Under the pieces are notes generated by a model. That model did no database searches. It was not told the origin of the DNA and saw nothing but the letters and a program-made list of their open reading frames with translations. The translations under genes and the position numbers were made by a program. DNA of 27,619 nucleotides, counting the filler, from an uncultured virus (IMG/VR IMGVR_UViG_2049941000_000851) (taxonomy: Duplodnaviria; Heunggongvirae; Uroviricota; Caudoviricetes). It is 9 parts of one record of this genome, joined end to end, with 100 filler letters (N's around TTAATTAATTAA, not from the genome) between each part and the next. Parts side by side here need not be neighbours in the genome. Positions count along the whole stretch, not along the records: positions 1 to 6,769 come from IMGVR_UViG_2049941000_000851; positions 6,870 to 9,179 come from IMGVR_UViG_2049941000_000851; 7 more parts are not named here. The stretch is one strand, 5' to 3'. Shown here piece after piece: positions 1 through 8,259 of this stretch. How positions within the stretch are numbered: position 1 is the first letter of the stretch; the number at the start of each line of letters is the position of its first letter.

Positions 1-284
1 CGGTGCAGTACGTGGTGTATTCATCTACCACGACTGAATCATCGCATCAGGATGATCATGTGACCTCGTTCAGGACATATGTGTACTTAAACCTGTGGAG
101 CGATATCGACCCGACAGATATGGCGAATACCATACGCGAAGCCATGTACAGCTATGGTTTTTCCATACTGGAAGAGTCGGACAAGGGGTATAATCAACCC
201 TCCTACGACACCGCCACCCGGCAGTACACCGTTCAATGGACATGGGTCCTGTATGAGGAGAAAAGCTATGCCGCTGGAGTTTAG
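1..284 (+). CDS. Phage tail completion/terminator-like protein, C-terminal part (5'-truncated)
   Basis: QYVVYSSTTTE...FRTYVYLNLWSDIDP...MYSYGF...YDTATRQYTVQWTW. Its stop overlaps the start of the gp10-like gene. A matching N-terminus (MRQVQEAL) follows the head closure gene at 16762. Function is inferred from composition and position. Confidence 0.65.
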   Translation, partial: VQYVVYSSTTTESSHQDDHVTSFRTYVYLNLWSDIDPTDMANTIREAMYSYGFSILEESDKGYNQPSYDTATRQYTVQWTWVLYEEKSYAAGV

Positions 285-561
285 AGGGTTCGATGAACTG
301 AGCAATGACCTGGGCAAAATGGCCGCCGCCCTGAGCGACGATGGTCCCGTCATAAACAAAGCGCTCAAAGCCGGAGCCATGCCCATCGAGGAGCAGATGA
401 AGATGAATGCGTCCAGTGATCCGAAGATCATCACCGGCGATCTGTATTCGTCCATTCATACCCACGGCGTAAAACACAAAATGGGCGGCTCCGGCAAACA
501 CATCACCATCGGCGTAAAGCACAGTGAAAGAGGCGCGTACTATTCAAACGCTGTCGAGTAC
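268..561 (+). CDS. HK97 gp10-family tail/neck protein, allele 1 (3'-truncated by gap)
   Basis: GAGGAG RBS at 255-260, ATG at 268. MPLEFRGFDELSNDL...ALKAGAMPI...TGDLYSSI...AYYSNAVEY. Nearly the same protein as 3877-4173. Confidence 0.85.
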
Positions 562-871
562 NNNNNNNNNNATCATAGATCACGCTGAATGAATGCGGCA
601 GCCGGGCCAAAGGATAAAGCTAAAGCTGGAAATAAGACGAAAGCGCAAGGGACAGAGGAACCACAGAGGAGACGCTGAAAGGCGAAGTGAGAAAACGCGC
701 TCTCTCCAACAGGCAGGAAATGGCCTGTGAATCTGTGGGGCAGCAGCCCGTAGTAGCAATGACGCAAGGAATAATAAACCTTGCAGAGCGAAGGGGCATA
801 GTCTGTACAGGAATACTGTACAGCCGTAACTTGTTGAGGAAGCCGTAGGCGAACCTGACTAACACCAAACA

Positions 872-901
872 AACCATTTCCGAAAGGGGGTGGTTCGTAT
901 G
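872..901 (+). promoter_or_regulatory. DIVa-like GAAA-tetraloop hairpin containing the IEP ribosome-binding site
   Basis: AACCATTTCC-GAAA-GGGGGTGGTT (872-895) forms a 10-bp stem with G-U pairs that covers the purine-rich SD; ATG at 899. Confidence 0.6.
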
Positions 902-1362
902 GCACAACAATTCAACTACCCGCATTCCGAGACAGAATTACGTGCAACTCAGGATGAACTCTACCGAACGGCTAAAGCCGCACATGACAAAGGAGAGCGA
1001 CCGTCATTTGTCGGGCTCATAGAAATCATGTCGGCTAAGGCAACGATCAACACGGCAATTCACAACATCAAAGCCAATAAGGGCGCAAATACGCCCGGCG
1101 TTGACAGGGTGAAAATCCAACATTATCTGCAAAGCAGAGAAGATTGGGTAATCAGTGATATTCAAAGCGCTTTCCGGCACTATGTACCGAGAATGGTTCG
1201 GAGAAAGTACATAGACAAGCCGGGAAAAACGGAGAAAAGGCCGCTGGGCATACCCACGATAAGGGACAGGATTGTTCAGGAATGTGCGCGCATTGTGCTC
1301 GAACCTATCATGGAAGCTCAGTTCTATGAGCACTCATATGGATTCAGGCCGATGCGGGACAC
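899..1362 (+). CDS. ltrA: Group II intron reverse transcriptase/maturase, N-terminal part (RT0-RT2)
   Basis: MAQQFNYP...IKANKGANTPGVD...VRRKYIDKPGKTEKRPLGIPTIRDRIVQ...LEPIMEAQFYEHSYGFRP, canonical group II RT motifs. Confidence 0.95.
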
Positions 1363-1372
1363 NNNNNNNNNN

Positions 1373-1417
1373 CTTGAAGCTGATCTCGGGATCCGGATAC
1401 AGGGTGTCAAACTCGAT
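1373..1417 (-). CDS. Major tail protein, start of 3' exon (IEFDTLYPDPEISFK)
   Basis: ATCGAGTTTGACACCCTGTATCCGGATCCCGAGATCAGCTTCAA is identical to the intron-free MTP allele at 8679-8636 and directly follows the intron 3' end. Confidence 0.9.
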
Positions 1418-1550
1418 ATAGTGATAGGTAAAGAACGTCTTTTACATTGACCACCTTTCGGTTTTACTGGTCAACGCAGTCAGGGTCTTTTTCCCCCACT
1501 TCGCACCGTACGTGCGCCTTTCAGCGCATACGGCGCTCCATCTGTACAAA
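1418..1550 (-). ncRNA. Group II intron catalytic domain V, domain VI and 3' splice site
   Basis: Minus strand: DV GCGCCGTATGCGC-TGAAAG-GCGCACGTACGGTGC (1536-1503; CGC triad, AC bulge), then GAAGTGGGGGAAAA...TTACCTATCACTAT ending in AY at 1418. This layout resembles bacterial class B introns. Confidence 0.95.
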
Positions 1551-1551
1551 C

Positions 1552-2211
1552 TCACGTGTGCCGTAACTTTTTCCTTAATTCCAATATCTTCCTTCGTGCT
1601 TTGGGGGGCATGTGCGAGAAATCGGCGGTAGGATTATTGACCAGACGATAACAGGCAGCATCCAATGACATCAGATTGTTGACGCGGTTCACTTCGCGCA
1701 GGGGAAGAAACGGGTCTATCCGTTGTGTGCACGGCATTTTGTCGATCAGCCATGCCCCGCAGATTCGACATTTGAGCCTGTCACGATTCAGGGCATACGC
1801 CCGGTTCATGTAGTACTCAAAGTTGTTCTTTGGGTCTGCCCGTCCGAGAATAACCGTATTGGCGGGGCCAATTGAAAGCTCATCCAACCGGGCATTCTGC
1901 CGCGTTTTCTTCGTCCTGTCGAAATGTATCTGCCGTCCTTCATCGCTATAGGGTGTTTCGTCTTGGTTGTGGTAGACTGTTTTTACCCATTTAGCAAATC
2001 CCAGATCGGTGACACCTACCCATAACTCTTTGTATGGGATTGCAACAATCTTCGCTCTTTGTTTGCCGTGGACACTCGGTAGGGTTGAGGTTTTATCCGC
2101 ACGAACCCACCTGGCGCTGTATTTCTTGAGTGCCTTGTGTGCTGCACGCTGCAAATACTGTCGGTACCTTTTGAACGCTACAGTGACCCACGTGGTATTT
2201 TCATAGTAGTT
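1552..2211 (-). CDS. ltrA: Group II intron IEP, C-terminal part (thumb/X, DNA-binding, degenerate HNH), variant A
   Basis: NYYENTTWV...NFEYYMNRAYALNRDRLKCRICG...VNRVNNLMSL...LRKKLRHT*. The TGA stop at 1554-1552 lies just upstream of DV. Confidence 0.92.
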   Translation of the reverse strand, partial: NYYENTTWVTVAFKRYRQYLQRAAHKALKKYSARWVRADKTSTLPSVHGKQRAKIVAIPYKELWVGVTDLGFAKWVKTVYHNQDETPYSDEGRQIHFDRTKKTRQNARLDELSIGPANTVILGRADPKNNFEYYMNRAYALNRDRLKCRICGAWLIDKMPCTQRIDPFLPLREVNRVNNLMSLDAACYRLVNNPTADFSHMPPKARRKILELRKKLRHT

Positions 2212-2221
2212 NNNNNNNNNN

Positions 2222-3046
2222 AATGTACCTCTTACGAACGTCGGTTATAAGCGTTTTCTCCGGTGAGAGCGTTAGCTTCATTTCCTTCGCGAGGAAAAGA
2301 CCGATTCTTTCTTTCCAAAACTCGGCATGTTCACGGCTGTCCGTGATAACGACGAAATCATCCGCATATCTGACCAAGACCCCGGGTATGAGAGAACTGC
2401 GTTTCCGTAGTGCTTCCATTTTGGCGCTTTGGTCGCTATAGGTGGTATGCACTTTCTTTTTGATCCACTGCTTTGCCACATATTCATCCAGTATATCCAG
2501 ATAAACGTTTGCTAGCAGTGGAGAAAGAATACCTCCCTGCGGAGTTCCTTCTTCGTTTACATCACATTCGTCCATGATGCCCGCTTTGAGCATGGATTTT
2601 ATGATCATCAGCACTCTTTGGTCCTTGACCCCCATGTGGTACAGGCGTTTCAGGAGAGTACTGTGGTCTATCCTGTCAAAGCATTTGGAGATGTCACCCT
2701 CGACAATCCAGTGATAGCCATTCTGATGCACCGTTCCCGTGATTCGTTCCAGCGCCATTTTTGTGTCCCGCATCGGCCTGAATCCATAAGAATGCTCATA
2801 GAATTGAGCTTCCATGATGGGTTCGAGTACGATGCGCGCACATTCCTGAACAATCCTGTCCCTTATCGTGGGGATGCCCAGCGGCCTTTTCTCCGTTTTC
2901 CCCGGCTTGTCTATGTATTTTCTCCGAACCATTTTCGGTACATAGTGCCGGAAAGCGCTTTGGATGTCACTGATTACCCAATCTTCTCTGCTTTGCAGAT
3001 AGTGTTGGATTTTCACTCTATCAACGCCGGGCGTATTTGCGCCCTT
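2222..3046 (-). CDS. ltrA: Group II intron IEP, RT core (RT0-RT7)
   Basis: KRPLGIPTIRDR, SYGFRP, WIVEGDISKCFDRIDH, GTPQGGILSPLLANVYL, VRYADDFVV (YADD at 2368-2357), LTLSPEKT. Confidence 0.97.
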
Positions 3047-3056
3047 NNNNNNNNNN

Positions 3057-3866
3057 TTATATACCCCGGACGATACCAAACAGGAAGCGGCTGAAACGCA
3101 AGATCGAGGAAATCCACGCAAATATTGTCTCCATTCCGGCGAACATAAACAGGGACGTAGTGATACAGAAAATCCATCTGATCAACAGTCAGATACGAGG
3201 ACTGGTAAACTACTATGAAAATACCACATGGGTCACTGTTGCGTTCAAAAGGTATAGGCAATATTTACAACACGCAGCACATAAGGCACTCAAGAAATAC
3301 GGTGCCAAATGGGTTCGTGCGGATAAAACTTCGACCCTGCCCAGCGTACACAGCAAACAAAAGGCGAAGATTGTGGCAATCCCATACAAAGAATTATGGG
3401 TAGGAGTCACCGATCTGGGTTTCGCTAAATGGGTAAGAACGGTCTACCATAACCAGAACGAAACACCCTACAGCGAAGAAGGACGGCAGATACATTTCGA
3501 CAGGACGAAGAAAACGCGGCAGAATGCCCGGTTGGATGAGCTTTCTATAGGCCCTGCCAACACGGTGATTCTCGGACGGGCTGACCCAAAGAACAACTTT
3601 GAGTACTACATGAATCGGGCGTATGCCCTGAATCGTGACAGGCTTAAATGTCGAATCTGCGGGGCATGGCTGATCGATAAAATGCCGTGCACACAACGGA
3701 TAAATCCATTTCTTCCCCTGCGCGAAGTGAACCGCGTCAATAATCTGATGTCTTTGGATGCTGCCTGTTACCGTTTGGTCAATAACCCAACTGCCGATTA
3801 CTCGCACATGCCCCCGAAAGCACGAAGGAAGATATTGGAATTAAGGAAAAAGTTACGGCACACGTG
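3057..3866 (+). CDS. ltrA: Group II intron IEP, C-terminal part, variant B
   Basis: INSQIRGLVNYY thumb motif through ...LRKKLRHT. About 10 aa differences from variant A over the shared ~219 aa (manual count). Confidence 0.92.
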
Positions 3867-3876
3867 NNNNNNNNNN

Positions 3877-4173
3877 ATTGAGGAACAGATGAAAGCGAAC
3901 GCGTCCAGTGACCCCAAGATCATCACCGGCGACCTGTACTCGTCTATTCACACACATGGCGTAAAGCACAAAAGAGGCGGTTCCGGCAAGCAGATCACCA
4001 TCGGCGTAAAGCACAGTGAAAAGGGCGCATTTTACGCAAACCCGGTCGAATGGGGGCACGGCGGACCGGCTCCGGCTCCGCCGCATCCCTTCGTCCGTCC
4101 CGCCTTCGACGTCCGCTACCCGGACGCCTGTGAAGAAATGAAGCGCGTGCTCAGGGACGCGCTGAAACCGTAA
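3877..4173 (+). CDS. HK97 gp10-family protein, allele 2, C-terminal part
   Basis: ...FYANPVEWGHGGPAPAPPHPFVRPAFD...LRDALKP*. The VExG...HPFxRPA motif is typical of HK97 gp10. Confidence 0.88.
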   Translation: MEEQMKANASSDPKIITGDLYSSIHTHGVKHKRGGSGKQITIGVKHSEKGAFYANPVEWGHGGPAPAPPHPFVRPAFDVRYPDACEEMKRVLRDALKP

Positions 4174-4206
4174 TACAAACCAAAAATCCAAAGGAGAAAA
4201 ACGATC

Positions 4207-4398
4207 ATGGCAAACAACAATCCTACCGCTTCCCCCAAAGTATCCTCCACGATCGGTCTCAAGAACGTGGTCATCGCGCCGCTCCTGACCGATACGGATG
4301 AGGGCCACAGTTACGGCGACTTGCAGTTGGTTGCCGGCGCGATCGAGGCCAGCGTCACCCCGGACAACTCAGATCCTTCGATTCAATACGCGGACGAC
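4207..4398 (+). CDS. Major tail protein, exon 1 (64 codons, interrupted by group II intron)
   Basis: AAGGAG RBS at 4191-4196. MANNNPTASPKVSSTIGLKNVVIAPL...AGAIEASVTP...IQYADD is a phi13-type MTP N-terminus and is followed at once by GTGCG. Confidence 0.88.
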
Positions 4399-4412
4399 GT
4401 GCGCTCTGTTGC
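4399..4412 (+). mobile_element. Group II intron 5' end (GUGYG consensus)
   Basis: GTGCGCTCTGTTGC begins exactly where the intron-free allele continues ATCGAGTTT. CTCTGT is complementary to ACAGAG at 652-657. Only 14 nt are visible before the gap. Confidence 0.85.
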
Positions 4413-4422
4413 NNNNNNNNNN

Positions 4423-6657
4423 AATCATGGCCTGCAGTTCGTCGCGCTTCCGTTTCCACGCGGCCAGGTAATTTGGATTAAAGTATATATCGACTACGTT
4501 CCAGCCCTCGTCCGCGGACATCTCCCTGAGCGCTTTCTCAGACGAGCCCAGCTTCTCGGATAAACGTACGTAGTCCGCCAGGAAACCCAGCGCCTCGTCC
4601 ATACTCTGCTTCTCGTAATACATATCTCCGGAAGGACCGTTGACGGCGAGGCCTTTCATACCGCTGTATTCACGCTGGAAAGCGGTATAGGCGGTAAGGA
4701 ACCTGTCATAGGCTTCGGGGACTTCCAGCCCGTATTCCTTTAAAGCGTCGACATACTCTTTTACGCCGGAATAGTAGTCCTCCCATGCCTTCATGTTGAG
4801 ACTGCCCATGTACTCGTTTGCCTTGGAAGTATACGTCTCATAATCTATAAGCCCCTGCTCGTACTGCTCCATGAGCTGCCGGTACGTTCGGGCGTTCTTT
4901 TCCGCGCCGGCTGTATTGGTCTCCGCGTTGGTGAGCGCCGACGCCTTATTGTACTTCGAATCCTTTATGCGTTGATCGTACCCGGCAGCCTCTTTGCCCG
5001 CCTGTGAGTATATGTCAAAAGCTTCCAGGTACGCCTGCTCTTCCGCGGTAAGCTCCCTTGTGAGCGCACGGATGTCATCCGCTTTCTGTTTGTACGCGGA
5101 CCAGAGAAAGCGCTCGCCCTGGGAAGCTATGAGTCCGGATATGTCCGGGCTCTCCTCTTTAGCTGCTTCGACTTCTTTGTTCATCTGCGAGAGCCGCTCT
5201 GTCATGGTTCCCAGGCTGGTCGTACCGTACTTCGCGCCGTCCGCCATGCTCCTTAGATAGTCCGGAAGCTCAGCGGCTTTCACGTTTATACCCACTGAAG
5301 CCAGTTCCGCCAGGGTGCTGTTCACCAGTTCCATGTTCTTTCCGCTGGCGTTGGCAGCCTCGGTGGCGTCGGCCATGTCATTCAGGAACTGTATGACTTC
5401 ATCACTGTAGGCTGAGTATGAGTTCCTGCCGTCGTTCACGGCGTTGGTGAGCATGGCGGTGGCTTCGGCGAACTCTGTTATCTCATATGGCGACAGGTCT
5501 TTCGTGAAGAAGTCCTGCACGTCGTTTATAGCTCCGCCCACCCAGTCCGCGGCGTCGTTTAAAGCGCCTATGAACCCGGTATCGCTGTCGCCGAACCAGT
5601 GCATGGTGCCGCCTTTCGCCATAAACGCCCGGTACTGATCCCATTTGCTGGTGAGCTTCCTGTATGTATCGGTATCCGGAGCGAACTCCTTATTGAACTG
5701 CCGTATATCCTCGTCATCAGCTTCCGCCCATTCGGGCTTCACTATAACGTGGTATACCCCTGCCGCGTCAACGCCCACTATGATGCTGTCAGCAGTCAGC
5801 TGCTTCAGTACGTCCGGCGTCACGGGCAAAGGTAAACCGTTTGCTCCGTATACCGCCAGCAGGCCGGAGTCATACTTCTCCTTAAGCGCAGCCTGCCAGC
5901 CTTCGCCCAGGGACACTGAGGCGTTGAGGCCCACGGAAGATGTGAGATCTACCTTAGGCTCATTGATCGTCTTCCACGCCTTGAGCGCAGCGGCGTCTAT
6001 ATCTCCCAGCGTGACTGTGGCTGTCACGGTCGGCGTAAGTCCCGCCGTGCTCGCACCTGTGATCACTTCCGCGTACGCTGACACCAACGCCAGCAGCCCA
6101 GACGGTCCGTCAAACGATCCCACAAAGCCCGCCGGGTCCTTCATGTATCCGGACACCAGCGCCGTAAGCCCCGAAGGATCAGCGAACGCGGTGTCGAACG
6201 CATCCGGGTCCTCGGCGTACGCGGATACCAGTGCCACCAGGCCTTCAGGGTTTCTGAAAAACGCGTTGAACGATACCGGGTCCTGCTGGTACGCGCTCAC
6301 CAGGGCCACCAGTCCGGATGGGCTTTGGAAGAACGAATCAAAGCTGTCCGGGTCGGCGGCATACGCCGTCACCAGCGCGCTCAGTCCGCCCGGCCCGTCA
6401 AAGTACGGTATGAACTCAGGATCCTCGGCGTAATTAGATACATAAGCCGCCAACCCTTCCGGGCTCTCGAACACCTCGCTGAAGCCCTCGGGATCTTTAG
6501 CGTACATGGATACCAGTGCTATGAGTCCTGTTGGGTTATCAAACACATCGCTGAACCCGGGAGCTTTGGCGTACATCCTTACCAAAGCGGAAAGGCCGGT
6601 CGGATTCTCGAACAGTGAGCTGAACGACGGCGCTTTCGCGTAGCCTTCCACCAATGC
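4423..6657 (-). CDS. Tape measure protein, internal fragment with 23-24 aa repeats
   Basis: Open frame of ~745 aa, Ala-rich and helical. Homologous to 24169-25205. The repeat start is linked to TMP-like helical sequence by 26010-26362. Assignment to the TMP is by inference across gaps. Confidence 0.7.
6075..6645 (-). repeat. Eight tandem 23-24 aa protein repeats, consensus YxxDPxxFxxxFxxPxGLxALVxx
   Basis: YAKAPSFSSLFENPTGLSALVRM, YAKAPGFSDVFDNPTGLIALVSM, YAKDPEGFSEVFESPEGLAAYVSN, YAEDPEFIPYFDGPGGLSALVTA, YAADPDSFDSFFQSPSGLVALVSA and three more. Confidence 0.9.
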
Positions 6658-6694
6658 NNNNNNNNNNCCCGACCTTTTGACATGGGAGGATTAT

Positions 6695-6769
6695 ATGATC
6701 ACCTGCACACTGGGAGACAGGAAATACACCGTGGACTTCATAAGCGGGCGCGCGCTCAGGGAGATCGAG
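6695..6769 (+). CDS. Tail assembly chaperone, N-terminal fragment
   Basis: GGGAGGA RBS, then MITCTLGDRKYTVDFISGRALREIE, matching 7822-8187. Confidence 0.8.
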
Positions 6770-6813
6770 NNNNNNNNNNNNNNNNNNNNNNNNNNNNNNN
6801 NNNNNNNNNNNNN

Positions 6814-6825
6814 TTAATTAATTAA
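6814..6825. other. Artificial scaffold linker TTAATTAATTAA within N runs; also at 9224, 16658, 17960, 19878, 20734, 24113 and 26407
   Basis: An identical palindromic 12-mer with stops in all six frames, embedded in fixed-length N padding, occurs eight times. Confidence 0.97.
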
Positions 6826-6869
6826 NNNNNNNNNNNNNNNNNNNNNNNNNNNNNNNNNNNNNNNNNNNN

Positions 6870-7172
6870 CGAGATGGCGTACGAGCATAACTTCAATACC
6901 CTGGGCGCAGGCGACGCGGAGACCGAACGTTATAAGGACCGGCTCGACACGCTGAACGCAGCGCTCAACAGGGAGAAGAATACGCTCGCGTCACTGCAGG
7001 CAGGCACGAAGGCGCTCACTTATTCAAGGAGTATCGCCGCGGACGCCCTTAAGCGGGAGACAGATCGCTCTAAACAGCTGACGCAGCAGAAAGCGGCGCT
7101 GGAGGCCGAGATAAAGAAGCTGGAAGGCCAGGTCAAGGAGGAGACCCAGGCGCTGGAGAACAACCGCACCGC
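6870..7172 (+). CDS. Tape measure protein, N-terminal coiled-coil fragment
   Basis: EMAYEHNFNTLG...QQKAALEAEIKKLEGQVKEETQALENNRT, shared with other TMP alleles. Confidence 0.8.
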
Positions 7173-7182
7173 NNNNNNNNNN

Positions 7183-7608
7183 TATGGATGACAGGTGCGA
7201 CTGCAGCGCCGCGTCCTCCCTTGAGAACACAGCCTGCGCGCTCAACACCCTTGCGTTCTGGCTTTCGATTGCGGCGTTCATGGAAGTGAGCCTGCCGCGC
7301 GCCTCGTCCAGACGCGCGCTGTACGTGGCCAAGTACCCCTGGGTCGCGCTCATCTTCGCGTTTGCCTCGCCCAGGTGCGCCGCGTACTGCCTGACCGCAG
7401 CGCTCTGGAGCGTCTGGGTGCGCATGAGCGTTTCCGCTTTCGCCATCTGTCCGCCCAGGCTGGAACCGAACCTGTCCACTCCAGCGCCGGCGAGCTTAAA
7501 TGTGCTCTCCGCCTCCTTAATGGACGCGTTGATAGCGCGCATGTTGCGGGTGAACTCGCCCGCGTCCAGGGACAGCGACACAACAAGGTCGCGTACTACA
7601 TCGCTCAT
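7183..7608 (-). CDS. Tape measure protein, N-terminus (allele class 1)
   Basis: GAGGT RBS, then MSDVVRDLVVSLSLDAGEFTRNMRAINASIKEAESTFK, directly downstream of the chaperone genes. Confidence 0.88.
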
Positions 7609-7633
7609 GCAATGAATACCTCTGTTTCTGTAT

Positions 7634-7863
7634 CTATGGTTTCAGACCCGGCCACACGTTGTCAATGGTGTTCGGCCGGGGCGCGCTTTTCTTTTTCTCC
7701 CTGCTGGCGTTCCAGGCCCTGAGCCTGATGTAGCCCACCATGTCCATTTCGTCTATATCCTTCATCCGCCAGCCGTTCTCAAGCAGCGCGTTGTATGTGG
7801 CGTATACGTACTCCGGCAGCGTCAGTCGTTCTTCGTCTCCGCTGTCGGCTTCATAGGGAATTC
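7634..7863 (-). CDS. -1 frame extension of the tail assembly chaperone (gpGT-like)
   Basis: The -1 frame reads PYEADSGDEERLTLPEYVYATYNALLENGWRMKDIDEMDMVGYIRLRAW...TIDNVWPGLKP*. It is conserved in 11324-11556 upstream of any ATG and is missing from the ORF track. Confidence 0.8.
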
Positions 7864-8187
7864 GCTGAGCGCCTCTGTGGTCGCGGTCTGTACCGCCATC
7901 AGCGCCACGGGTATGTCCACCATCAGCCGGTCGGCGGGATAGTTGTCGTATACCTCGTCGGGAGTGAACTGGTTACCAAAAAGGATGCAGAACCACTTGA
8001 CCAGCACGTCCAGCGCGTCGGGCACGCTTACCTTTTCGTCATCGCTTATGTCTTCGCCATCCGCGGCCTGTTTCGCCATACGCTGTATCCTGGCGTACAT
8101 CTTAGTGGCCGGCTCGATCTCCCTGAGCGCGCGCCCGCTTATGAAGTCCACGGTGTACTTTTTGTCTCCCAGTGTACAGGTGATCAT
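7822..8187 (-). CDS. Tail assembly chaperone (gpG-like), complete, 121 aa
   Basis: GGAGGA RBS at 8198-8193, ATG at 8187. Lies between MTP and TMP and ends ...LSEFPMKPTAETKND*. Confidence 0.85.
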   Translation of the reverse strand: MITCTLGDKKYTVDFISGRALREIEPATKMYARIQRMAKQAADGEDISDDEKVSVPDALDVLVKWFCILFGNQFTPDEVYDNYPADRLMVDIPVALMAVQTATTEALSEFPMKPTAETKND

Positions 8188-8206
8188 GTATGTCCTCCTA
8201 ATGTCA

Positions 8207-8243
8207 CATAAAAGGGACGCAGGCGTCATGCCATGCGTCCCTT
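8207..8243 (-). terminator. Terminator-like hairpin after the MTP gene
   Basis: AAGGGACGCA-loop-TGCGTCCCTT followed by TTAT. The GGGACGC/GCGTCCC stem is retained in the allele at 22144-22171. Confidence 0.65.
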
Positions 8244-8259
8244 GGGTAGTCTGTTCCGC

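Larger units (their letters stand above)
572..1362 (+). mobile_element. Group II intron fragment: 3' part of DI, DII, DIII, DIV base and start of IEP ORF
   Basis: GCAAGGGACAGAG (645-657) can pair with the intron 5' end CTCTGTTGC (4403-4412). DII stem CCACAGA 661-667 / TCTGTGG 732-738. DIII-type GCAGCAGCCCGTAGTAG...GAGCGAAGGGGC (740-797). DIV basal TCTGTACA (802-809) is complementary to TGTACAGA just before DV. Confidence 0.85.

Noticed and set aside
541..600. Intron apparently inserted in the gp10 gene
   Set aside because: The adjacency crosses a 10-N gap, and the intron piece starts inside domain I. Both real junctions map to the MTP gene.
2222..3046. RT as a DGR, retron or Abi-type reverse transcriptase
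   Set aside because: RT0, YADD, the thumb and HNH-like domains, DV/DVI and GUGYG...AY ends identify a group II intron.
3037..4173. IEP-gp10 fusion ORF (378 aa)
   Set aside because: Chimera across N gaps. The IEP stop TG(A) is cut at 3866, and the other variant stops at that position.
5645..6433. Long antisense ORFs (also 9635-10651, 15771-16340, 18812-19885)
   Set aside because: They are shadows of GC-rich coding strands with no motifs or RBS support.
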